Shown: positions 8,175-15,713 of the stretch, piece by piece
Layout of the letters: each line of letters begins with the position of its first letter
Numbering within the stretch: position 1 is the stretch's first letter
IMG/VR virus record: IMGVR_UViG_3300038406_000036
Location: 1-37,840 of that record
Strand: one strand, 5' to 3'
DNA: 37,840 nt
Origin: a virus
Taxonomy: Duplodnaviria > Caudoviricetes
Notes under the pieces: model-generated
What the model saw: the letters and a program-made list of their open reading frames with translations, nothing else
Databases searched by the model: none
What the model was told of the DNA's origin: nothing
Position numbers and translations under genes: made by a program

Positions 8175-8695
8175 TGAAAATTTTTTATGATACAGAATTC
8201 CTTGAAGACGGTCAAACAATTGACCTGATTTCTATTGGAATGGTGACTGCAACTGAGGAAACACTTTATCTTATCAATAAAGATGCTCCTTGGGAACGCA
8301 TTATGCAACATAAATGGTTAGTACAAAATGTACTTCCTCATTTAGATTTTAATCCTTTTGTACTACAGCCGATTGAAGTTATTGCGGAAAGAGTAAAAAA
8401 CTTTATTCTGAAACAAGAAGATCCAGAACTATGGGCATGGTTTGGTGCATATGATCACGTGGTTTTAGCTCAACTTTGGGGCTCTATGGATAAGATGCCT
8501 AAAGGAGTCCCTTATTGGACTAATGATTTAAGACAAGAATATCACCGGCTTGAAGTCGATCACAAAGTACACCAAACTCCATCTTTACTTGATAACGAGC
8601 ACCATGCGTTGTCAGACGCAAAGGATCTTATGCGAAGATTCAACTTATTAGAGACTGAAATTGCATCAGGAACCTACGAAGGTGCTTCGCTATGA
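8174..8695 (+). CDS. DEDDh 3'-5' exoribonuclease (RNase AS/Rv2179c/DUF5051-like)
   Basis: IFYDTEF, LISIGMV, LWAWFGAYDHV, DLRQE, HHALSDA. Confidence 0.88.
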   Translation: MKIFYDTEFLEDGQTIDLISIGMVTATEETLYLINKDAPWERIMQHKWLVQNVLPHLDFNPFVLQPIEVIAERVKNFILKQEDPELWAWFGAYDHVVLAQLWGSMDKMPKGVPYWTNDLRQEYHRLEVDHKVHQTPSLLDNEHHALSDAKDLMRRFNLLETEIASGTYEGASL

Positions 8696-9012
8696 TAAAA
8701 GCTCGTATGAATGTCTGGGTTGAAATTGAGCTTAATCCGAATAATTATCAGAATGTTGAATGGCCTCCAGAATCAGGACAACTAAAAAATCTAACTAATC
8801 CTCAAGAAATGCTAGATTTTGAGAGAGATAAAATTAAATCAAACAATATTGATTTATACGAATTCATGGATCTAGCAGGTGTTCCTGATGAAAATATTAC
8901 TTTTGAATTAATTTCAGGTCCATCAGACGAACTTATTGATACTGAATTACCGGGTATGTGGGAGACCGCTGATCTCGTAGGAGGTATGACAGATTCGGAA
9001 GGTGCCAATTGA
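8692..9012 (+). CDS. acidic hypothetical protein
   Basis: 106 aa, ATGA overlap. Confidence 0.6.
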   Translation: MIKARMNVWVEIELNPNNYQNVEWPPESGQLKNLTNPQEMLDFERDKIKSNNIDLYEFMDLAGVPDENITFELISGPSDELIDTELPGMWETADLVGGMTDSEGAN

Positions 9013-9026
9013 TAAGGAGAACTCCG

Positions 9027-9185
9027 TTGACTACAGAACCATCAGGTAAAGATCCTGGTAATACTCCCATTGAGGAGTTGGTAGAGCCTATGACCGAAGA
9101 TGAAATTAACGAAATTAGACAGCGTCTTGAAAACGAAGAAACAGTACTAACTGATATTCCTTCTATTGCTGATGATGAGAAATGA
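9027..9185 (+). CDS. small acidic protein (52 aa, not in ORF track)
   Basis: AAGGAG RBS, TTG start, MTTEPSGKDPG...ADDEK, ATGA overlap with endolysin. Confidence 0.6.
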   Translation: MTTEPSGKDPGNTPIEELVEPMTEDEINEIRQRLENEETVLTDIPSIADDEK

Positions 9186-10147
9186 CAACAGTAGCTGCTC
9201 CTATTGTTGAAGAAGAAATGGATGATTGGGAAAAACTAGGAGGCACTGATTTAGGTATTGTAGGAGATCTTAATCACAATTATGGATTTCATTTAGGAGC
9301 TAATAGAGTACCTCCAGAAGATTATTCAAGGTATAGAGATCCTAATGGAGCATTTGGACCATATATTGATTGGGATTACGCTTGTGCAGGAGATTTTGGT
9401 CATTCGTTTGAACCTAAACTTATGACTTATCATAGAAATGTATTAAATGGCTTGATGACTGGTAAACATCCTATGATTTGTGAATTCATAGGAAAACCGT
9501 GGGAAGATCGTCCTGTATACTATTGGGCGAGATGGAATGGCATCACAACGCTACAGAAGTATACGGGAGTGGGCCATGATAAGTGGTCACACATTTCATG
9601 GTATCGCTCAGAGGTAGACAAAAAAGCTAATCTATGGGTTGGGGGACACTTGTCTATTCTTAATCTCAAAGTAGGAGACAAAGGTTCTGCTGTTAAGCTT
9701 TTACAGGAACGCCTTGAAAGAGCTGGTTACCCTGTAATGGTTGATGGCAAAGCACTGAACGTAAGTGCGAACGGTGGAGTGTTCAATTTAGCAACTAAAA
9801 CCGCAATGAACAAATTCCGTGCTGCACATAATTTACCCGCTCTGGATTATGTCTCTTACTGGACTGCTGTAGAATTAGAAGATTCTTCTAAGAGGATCGT
9901 CAGTAATCTTAAACTTGCCACTGAACTTAGAGCAAGAGCCATAGCAGAAAATGTAGCAGATATTACTGTAGATAGTCTTCCTGATTTTGTATTAGCAAGT
10001 GAAATGAAATTGCTTATTGCAGAAGCAGTTGAACAGTACTTTGCAGCTCATAAAGACTCTCTGCGAGGAGAGCCTGGTACTATTGAATTGGGTACTGAGA
10101 TCACTATAGAAAACATAGGAAAAGTTACTAAAATAGTTAACGAGTAA
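9182..10147 (+). CDS. endolysin: putative Zn peptidase domain plus peptidoglycan-binding domain
   Basis: GIVGDLNH..GFH, ACAGD and HDKWSHIS metal-ligand pattern; LKVGDKGSAVKLLQERL..AGY PG_binding_1-like segment; adjacent holin. Confidence 0.78.
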   Translation: MTTVAAPIVEEEMDDWEKLGGTDLGIVGDLNHNYGFHLGANRVPPEDYSRYRDPNGAFGPYIDWDYACAGDFGHSFEPKLMTYHRNVLNGLMTGKHPMICEFIGKPWEDRPVYYWARWNGITTLQKYTGVGHDKWSHISWYRSEVDKKANLWVGGHLSILNLKVGDKGSAVKLLQERLERAGYPVMVDGKALNVSANGGVFNLATKTAMNKFRAAHNLPALDYVSYWTAVELEDSSKRIVSNLKLATELRARAIAENVADITVDSLPDFVLASEMKLLIAEAVEQYFAAHKDSLRGEPGTIELGTEITIENIGKVTKIVNE

Positions 10148-10148
10148 A

Positions 10149-10241
10149 ATGCAAAATATCAATTGGATAGGCATAGCTATTATTGTAGGAGTCCCTTTAC
10201 TTGTCTGTATATTATGGCATTTTGACGAATGGCTGCCATAA
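10149..10241 (+). CDS. 30-aa single-TM protein (not in ORF track)
   Basis: MQNINWIGIAIIVGVPLLVCILWHFDEWLP fills the gap between endolysin and holin. Confidence 0.55.
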   Translation: MQNINWIGIAIIVGVPLLVCILWHFDEWLP

Positions 10242-10250
10242 GGAGTAAAC

Positions 10251-10478
10251 ATGAATTTCGGAGCAGCAAATAAGAGTATTAATCTCAGTTCAGCAAATAA
10301 GAGTATTTATGGTTTTATTGCTTTTCTACTAGCGTCGTTTGGTTTAGACTACACTAACGCGAGTTGGTGGCTTAAAGTTATAACTGCAATCGTCACAGCT
10401 GGTGTAGTTTACTGGAGTCCTTCCAATGCTCCAGGAACTCTTCTATCTAAACCAGATAATACTATGCTAGAACAGTAG
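10251..10478 (+). CDS. holin (two TM helices)
   Basis: IYGFIAFLLASFG and VITAIVTAGVVYWSPSN hydrophobic segments; AAGGAG RBS; follows endolysin. Confidence 0.72.
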   Translation: MNFGAANKSINLSSANKSIYGFIAFLLASFGLDYTNASWWLKVITAIVTAGVVYWSPSNAPGTLLSKPDNTMLEQ

Positions 10479-10489
10479 TTTTAATTAAA

Positions 10490-10610
10490 AATAGTGTGGT
10501 CAAGTCGCAGGTAAGAGGTAATCACTGGGTTTCATCGGCAGGCGTACAGCGTGACAGCTATTCCTGAGTCCGAAAGCAGAGAGCGACTGGTCCCAAGCCC
10601 GCCCGCTATT
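10490..10610 (+). ncRNA. candidate structured ncRNA 1 (rod-like, about 120 nt; family unassigned)
   Basis: GC-rich intergenic island; AATAGTG/CGCTATT, AGTCGC/GCGACT, CAGG/CCTG and TCAC/GTGA nested pairings; strand assumed from context. Confidence 0.45.
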
Positions 10611-10654
10611 AAACAAAATAGCATAAAATTCTGTGTTTAGCATATAATTACACA

Positions 10655-10810
10655 TCCGGTGCTGAGAGGGCAGTCTGGCCCCCCGTCAGGCATCGGCCCG
10701 CCCTGCGTGGTCCCCGGTGGCAGCCTAACTAGGCAAACGGATACCTCAGGTAGGGTCTGCCTTGTCTGTCTGTCTGCGTGGCCCACAGGTCGGTCTACGA
10801 CACATCCTAG
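10655..10810 (+). ncRNA. candidate structured ncRNA 2 or 5' leader
   Basis: TATAAT at 10643-10648, then very GC-rich hairpins CCGGTGC/GCATCGG, GGCAG/CTGCC and GTCG/CGAC. Confidence 0.45.
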
Positions 10811-10844
10811 TTGATCTTGTAATAATAGAGGAGGTACAAATAAG

Positions 10845-11111
10845 ATGTCAAAAGAACGAATTGTTTTAATGAGACACCCAGATCATTTCAAAGAAGCTAA
10901 GAAGAAGTTGAAGTTTGATCCAGATGCCATTCCAGATATTGAAATAGAATTTAGATCTTGGGAATTGCCTCTAGAAACCACTATGAGTATTGACACTCAG
11001 ATAGCGATGTTGCAAGACACTATTGCTAATAAAGCTAATAAGATTGATACTAGCTTATTTTCTATTGACGAGTTATTTGACACTATAAATAAGGAGAATG
11101 TAGGTGAGTAG
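10845..11111 (+). CDS. hypothetical protein
   Basis: GAGGAGG RBS, 88 aa. Confidence 0.65.
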   Translation: MSKERIVLMRHPDHFKEAKKKLKFDPDAIPDIEIEFRSWELPLETTMSIDTQIAMLQDTIANKANKIDTSLFSIDELFDTINKENVGE

Positions 11112-11400
11112 AAAGTATGTCGTAGGAGTAGTCACTTATCACGGGGATGAAACAGCGACACAGCAAATATGGATAGTGTCAGCAGCAATTGCAGCCGCTG
11201 TGACATCATCACTAGGCAAACCCGATGCCGATACAATGATGAGTAAGAGTGACATGGATAGAGTGCAAGAAGCTATGTCTTCCGCTCCTACTGTATTTAA
11301 GGATGAATACACTATGACATTTATCTGTGATTCATGTAGAGTAGGAAAACATGAAGAGTGTCTAGGAGGTAACAGTTGTGACTGTCAACACAGAAGCTAA
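11104..11400 (+). CDS. hypothetical protein with C-terminal Cys/His cluster
   Basis: AAGGAG RBS; CDSCRVGKHEEC...CDCQH. Confidence 0.65.
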   Translation: MSRKYVVGVVTYHGDETATQQIWIVSAAIAAAVTSSLGKPDADTMMSKSDMDRVQEAMSSAPTVFKDEYTMTFICDSCRVGKHEECLGGNSCDCQHRS

Positions 11401-11788
11401 TAGTATTTTTAATGTGTGTACTTCTTCAAGTCCTGAACATGATTCTATAGTATGTGAGTGCTATCTAGAAGAAGATCACAGCACAAGACATAAATGTAGA
11501 TTATGTGGCTACTCCTGGCTAAATAAAGCTAAAACTTTAATAGATTTTCTATTAGAACGATTTACATTAAGAGAGAGTTTAAAATCGGAAGAAGTGCACA
11601 GCAAGAGAAGAATAGTACTTCGTTGGCAGAAGTTAAGCAAAGAATTTCATATTATCAAAAATGAACTTTCTGCAAGTGAATTTTCATTTAGGTTAGTTGA
11701 ACTAGACACTTACAGAGGAGTTGGAGTCGATCTTGCTTCGCCGTACGTCTGTCATTATGATTACAATAAGGAATGGGAACAGAAATAG
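11378..11788 (+). CDS. DUF6221-like protein with N-terminal Cys/His domain
   Basis: FLLER...SKRRIV...LASPYVCHYDYNKEW resembles the DUF6221 pattern; AGGAGG RBS. Confidence 0.6.
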   Translation: MTVNTEANSIFNVCTSSSPEHDSIVCECYLEEDHSTRHKCRLCGYSWLNKAKTLIDFLLERFTLRESLKSEEVHSKRRIVLRWQKLSKEFHIIKNELSASEFSFRLVELDTYRGVGVDLASPYVCHYDYNKEWEQK

Positions 11789-12966
11789 TGACTACATTGT
11801 GGGAATGGGAAATGGCCCGTATCCGCATGTTAGCACGCATCAAAGATAATGGCATCAAAGTTGATAAAGAGTTCTGCAAACCTCGTATCATCAAAGGTCA
11901 AGAAATCTGTGCAGATATCAAGTATAAACTAGGATGGAATCCAGGAAGTACTAAACAACTAGGTGAATTTCTGCTAGATGAAATGAAATACCCTGTACTA
12001 GGGAAAACTGAAAAAGGCAATCCTTCATTTAATAAACATGCTATGGAAGAATATGATCTTCTACTAGAACACGATGGTTCTAGTGTTGCCCAAGATGTAT
12101 TCCGTTACAGGGGGTGGCAGAAAACAGTTTCATCTAATTATATACCCTATATAACACTTTGCGACAAACGTGATATAATCCATCCTAGTTATATGGCACA
12201 TAGAGCGAGAACAGGAAGAGATTCATGTGAAGATCCGAACCTACAACAAATTCCGAAAGAGTCTGAAAAAGAGTGGAATGGTGACCTCAAACAAGCATTC
12301 GTTCCTAGAGGCTATTTGGATCATCTGTCTTACATCGGAGACACAGTACTTGTTGAATTCGATTTCGCCCAACTTGAAACACGAGTAACTGCCGCTGTAG
12401 CTAAGGTAAGAGAACTTTTAGAAGCATTTTGGGATGACGTTGATGTATTCCAAGTCATGGCAGATACGCTTGGATGGACAAGGGATAGAGTAAAATTATT
12501 CTTCTATATGACTATTTACGGCGCTGGTGCTCGTAAAATGAGTCTAGTCTTCAAGATAAGCTTTAAGGAAGCTCATAAAATGATAGATGAATTTTATGAG
12601 AGATACCCTACTATTAGAACTAAAGCTAAACTAGCTGCTGCATTCGCTAAGCAAGATAAATTTATAGAATACTGGACAGGACGTCGACGGCATTTTCCTT
12701 CTGGTGATTACCATAAAGCATTTAACGCAGCCATCCAAGGCGGTGCATTTGAGATAGTCAAGAGATCAGGGATTAGACTAGAGTCTAAAATTCCATGGCC
12801 TCTTGTGCTTACTGTTCACGATAGTTACACAGTGGAGATGCCAATAGCACAATATAATGACGACACTTGTAATATGATTAAAAGCATTCTTGAAGATGTT
12901 CCAGAATCTAAGGAAATGGGAGTACCTTTCAAAGTATCGTATAAGAAATGGGGAGAGAAATCATGA
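11773..12966 (+). CDS. polA: family A DNA polymerase, polymerase domain only (C-terminal half of split pol)
   Basis: NPGSTKQL, RTGRDSCEDPNLQQIP, motif A DFAQLETR, motif B R...KLFFYMTIYG, motif C TVHDS; start may be GTG 11788. Confidence 0.95.
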   Translation: MGTEIVTTLWEWEMARIRMLARIKDNGIKVDKEFCKPRIIKGQEICADIKYKLGWNPGSTKQLGEFLLDEMKYPVLGKTEKGNPSFNKHAMEEYDLLLEHDGSSVAQDVFRYRGWQKTVSSNYIPYITLCDKRDIIHPSYMAHRARTGRDSCEDPNLQQIPKESEKEWNGDLKQAFVPRGYLDHLSYIGDTVLVEFDFAQLETRVTAAVAKVRELLEAFWDDVDVFQVMADTLGWTRDRVKLFFYMTIYGAGARKMSLVFKISFKEAHKMIDEFYERYPTIRTKAKLAAAFAKQDKFIEYWTGRRRHFPSGDYHKAFNAAIQGGAFEIVKRSGIRLESKIPWPLVLTVHDSYTVEMPIAQYNDDTCNMIKSILEDVPESKEMGVPFKVSYKKWGEKS

Positions 12967-13259
12967 AGCTTAGAAAAGATGTTTCAGATTTCATCGAAAA
13001 ATTAGATGGTAAAAAAAGACTTCATACGGATGCAGAGTTTCGTTATAGAACAATTCTATCAAATCATCTTATTGAAGGATTCGAAGATTCTATGAAACGT
13101 GCAGGTATCAATAAAGAGCTGTCTGATCAGGCACTAGCTATATTCTGGAAAGCTCTATACGATGCAGAAGAATATAGGATAGCAGTAAAGAGAATGTATG
13201 AACAAATGGATATATCAAATAAATTTAAAGGACTCTTAACTGAAATGGATAATAACTAA
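12963..13259 (+). CDS. hypothetical protein
   Basis: ATGA overlap with pol stop; GGGGAG RBS. Confidence 0.6.
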   Translation: MKLRKDVSDFIEKLDGKKRLHTDAEFRYRTILSNHLIEGFEDSMKRAGINKELSDQALAIFWKALYDAEEYRIAVKRMYEQMDISNKFKGLLTEMDNN

Positions 13260-13735
13260 TGGCAAACATAACTGATCCTCCTAGTAAGCAAGATTCTTAT
13301 GAACTATTGAGACTAGAGCTTATACCTTGCGTTTATAATACTGTAGTAGCAGAAGGTGCAAAAATATATAATGTCGACGTTACAAAAGTAGCAGATGTTA
13401 TTGCCAAAGAGATGCTATATAGCATAAAATATGACATATTAGGAAAATCATTCAAATCTCAGACTATCACCGAATCAGTATCTATAGAAATACCTGCTAC
13501 ATGGTGGCAGCATTTTAAATTTCGATACGAGCACAGTAAATTGTTTAGTTGGTTTGTTAAGAAATGGCCTGTACAGTTTTATTTGTATGAAGAAGAAATG
13601 TTGCTTAGATTTGATCCTAAACTTCTGTTTATTGAGAGTAAGGTGGATATGCCCACTATCTCTGAGTTAGGCTCACCTAGTAGATATTATGAAGTCGTTT
13701 CTTACCAGAAACGAGATATCGGAAATGATAGCTAA
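13259..13735 (+). CDS. hypothetical protein
   Basis: TAATG coupling; PATWWQHFK motif. Confidence 0.65.
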   Translation: MANITDPPSKQDSYELLRLELIPCVYNTVVAEGAKIYNVDVTKVADVIAKEMLYSIKYDILGKSFKSQTITESVSIEIPATWWQHFKFRYEHSKLFSWFVKKWPVQFYLYEEEMLLRFDPKLLFIESKVDMPTISELGSPSRYYEVVSYQKRDIGNDS

Positions 13736-13841
13736 TAAACTCCTCTACTGTCCGGAATGTGAAAAAATAACTTGGCATTTAATGACCCTTGATGGTTTTC
13801 TAGAATGCGTTAGATGTTTAAGGATTATCAAAAATGACTGA
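13725..13841 (+). CDS. 38-aa Zn-ribbon protein (not in ORF track)
   Basis: MIANKLLYCPECEKITWH...ECVRC. Confidence 0.55.
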   Translation: MIANKLLYCPECEKITWHLMTLDGFLECVRCLRIIKND

Positions 13842-14007
13842 TGGACAACTAATCGGTATGTGGTGTGATGCGTATATAAATATCCAAAAAGAGATCAAAG
13901 AATTAAAAACTAAAAAAGAGAAGGTACCTAGATGGCTGTTAGACGATCAGAGACTCTATAAAAAGAGGATAACAGAGTCGTTGAGGGAGTTGAAACTCAT
14001 AAAATGA
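13834..14007 (+). CDS. 57-aa hypothetical protein (not in ORF track)
   Basis: MTDGQLIGMWCDAY...ELKLIK, overlaps both neighbours. Confidence 0.55.
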   Translation: MTDGQLIGMWCDAYINIQKEIKELKTKKEKVPRWLLDDQRLYKKRITESLRELKLIK

Positions 14008-14459
14008 GCCAGCTTACCTATGTAGCTGTAGATCCGGGAGAACATATAGGGCTAGTAGGATATGACGAAAAAGGGAGTCTTCTTTGGATACAGGAAATAC
14101 TAATAAAAGAGCTCACTGATTTTATGAGCAAATGGTCTCCAGCACCGAAAAAAATGATTGTGGAAAGATATCGTCCTTATCCTGGGAAAGAACGAGCTCA
14201 TACATATTCTGATCTTAAAACTGCCCGTGTTATTGGTAGATTAGAGTACTATGCAGAAATGCATGGCGCAAAAGTCGTATTCCAAGGGGCAGACATTAAA
14301 GCATTAGGATTTAAATACCTTGGAGTAAAGGAACCTCCTAGAAGTGATAAACTTATGAATGCTAAAGTTGCACACGCACACGGTACTTACTATCTTGTTA
14401 CTAAAGGCATTCTAGATGGAGCAACACTGCTGAAAGAAAGTAATAAAAGGAATAACTAA
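14004..14459 (+). CDS. RuvC-like Holliday junction resolvase
   Basis: VAVDPGEHIG, IVERY and VIGRLE RNase H-fold motifs. Confidence 0.75.
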   Translation: MSQLTYVAVDPGEHIGLVGYDEKGSLLWIQEILIKELTDFMSKWSPAPKKMIVERYRPYPGKERAHTYSDLKTARVIGRLEYYAEMHGAKVVFQGADIKALGFKYLGVKEPPRSDKLMNAKVAHAHGTYYLVTKGILDGATLLKESNKRNN

Positions 14460-14548
14460 TGCCCCAGGAATTATTTGAACAAATACTTTGCCTTGTGATC
14501 TTAGTAGGTATGATTATCTACTTCATCATCAGCGCTATTAGGGACTAA
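14459..14548 (+). CDS. 29-aa single-TM protein (not in ORF track)
   Basis: MPQELFEQILCLVILVGMIIYFIISAIRD; AAAGGA RBS, TAATG coupling. Confidence 0.55.
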   Translation: MPQELFEQILCLVILVGMIIYFIISAIRD

Positions 14549-14551
14549 ATA

Positions 14552-14806
14552 ATGACAACTAATGAAGGACATAACTGCCACTTTTGCGGTACTTTCATAA
14601 TCGACGGTAAAGAAACTAACGGTGAACGTCACTGGCTAAGCGACTGTAGACCAGACTTAGTTAAACATGAAATTGGCGATAAATGCACATGGCCTTATAA
14701 AAGAGAAGAGGGAAAAGAAACTGAAAGTTGTTACGGTTATCAAGAAAAACCTTTAGGGCCATTCACTACTAGTCACTCACATTTTTATCCAGACGGTCCT
14801 ATGTAG
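14552..14806 (+). CDS. Cys/His-rich hypothetical protein
   Basis: HNCHFC, HWLSDC and HSH. Confidence 0.6.
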   Translation: MTTNEGHNCHFCGTFIIDGKETNGERHWLSDCRPDLVKHEIGDKCTWPYKREEGKETESCYGYQEKPLGPFTTSHSHFYPDGPM

Positions 14807-14824
14807 GAGGAATTAAAAATTACT

Positions 14825-15310
14825 GTGAAGAGGTGTCCTTGGCACTGGACAACACAAGACGGCGTACAATTTTCCTGTGAGAGCATAGCCAACCATCTTG
14901 CTGGAAAGATAAGTGGAATGCATTGGAGAGGTTCTCCACCTGATCGGGTAATCTGGTATGAAGAAGACCCTATGGCTTGGAAGGAAAACATAATGGATAA
15001 TTCTTTTAGTAACCCCAAGATTCCTGACAATCCGAACACCCATGACGTCCCTGACGTTGAGACTTTTCTTGAAAGAATGATGGAGCATAGACATCCCTCC
15101 GTTGCAGAAAAATTGCAATTCTTTCACTATTCTCATTTGCCAGAACCTCTTATGAATATTTCACAACACTGTGCTGTCTTGGCATTAGATATGTGCAATA
15201 ATCTTCCAGACACTCCACAGTTGTCTTTAGGACTACAAAAGCTTCTTGAGGCTAAAGACTGTTTTGTGCGAACGGGTATTACTGCACTAAACGATTCTAG
15301 GAAAATATAG
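14825..15310 (+). CDS. helical-hairpin protein, possibly Acb2/Tad1-like; internal start at 14993 likely
   Basis: LQFFHYSHLPEPL...LPDTPQLSLGLQKLLEAKDCFVR; AAGGA RBS before ATG 14993. Confidence 0.55.
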   Translation: MKRCPWHWTTQDGVQFSCESIANHLAGKISGMHWRGSPPDRVIWYEEDPMAWKENIMDNSFSNPKIPDNPNTHDVPDVETFLERMMEHRHPSVAEKLQFFHYSHLPEPLMNISQHCAVLALDMCNNLPDTPQLSLGLQKLLEAKDCFVRTGITALNDSRKI

Positions 15311-15320
15311 ATTTTAGCTC

Positions 15321-15363
15321 ATAAAAATACCCCTGTAGCTATTAGCTACAGGGGTATTTTTAT
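15321..15363. terminator. bidirectional intrinsic terminator between the convergent arms
   Basis: Perfect 21-bp inverted repeat ATAAAAATACCCCTGTAGCTA-t-TAGCTACAGGGGTATTTTTAT with T tracts on both strands. Confidence 0.92.
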
Positions 15364-15713
15364 CGGTCTTTAGGACCTTTGTGAAAGAATTTAAAGAAAT
15401 CATCTAATCTGGTGTTGGCTTTATCGGCTGACACCTTCGCCTCCGTACCAATAATTTTGGCTTCTAGTGAAGTAACTGTATTAGTAGATACTTTGTCGCC
15501 AATAGCATCTAATTTGTTTTCTATACTAGTCATTCTATGAGCAGTTTCTTCTGAGAGAGTGCCTACGGTACCTCCATTTTTAGTTTGTATTTCTTCTTTA
15601 ATTTCCTTTGATTTACTTAATGTCTTTATAGTAATGATGGAACTGGCAAATAAAGCTAACAAAGTAACGACGCCTATAAGAAATTCAATAGAACCAGACA
15701 ATGCATCTATCAT
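15360..15713 (-). CDS. single-TM coiled-coil protein (holin-like or lysis accessory)
   Basis: N-terminal hydrophobic helix FLIGVVTLLALFASSIITI; ATGA overlap with M23 gene. Confidence 0.6.
   Translation of the reverse strand: MIDALSGSIEFLIGVVTLLALFASSIITIKTLSKSKEIKEEIQTKNGGTVGTLSEETAHRMTSIENKLDAIGDKVSTNTVTSLEAKIIGTEAKVSADKANTRLDDFFKFFHKGPKDR

Noticed and set aside
10490-10810. Assignment to ZTP or c-di-GMP riboswitch, SRP, tmRNA, hammerhead or HDV/theta ribozyme
   Set aside because: Only fragments match (GAGCGAC...GCCCGC, GGCAAAC, TCCGAAAG, CCCTGCGTGG); required partner helices and conserved cores could not be found by eye
7480-11830. Intron, split intein or excisable element joining the polymerase halves
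   Set aside because: No GTGYG or group I core near the junctions, no Cys-start or His-Asn intein ends, no direct repeats and no recombinase; both junctions are flanked by ordinary ORFs
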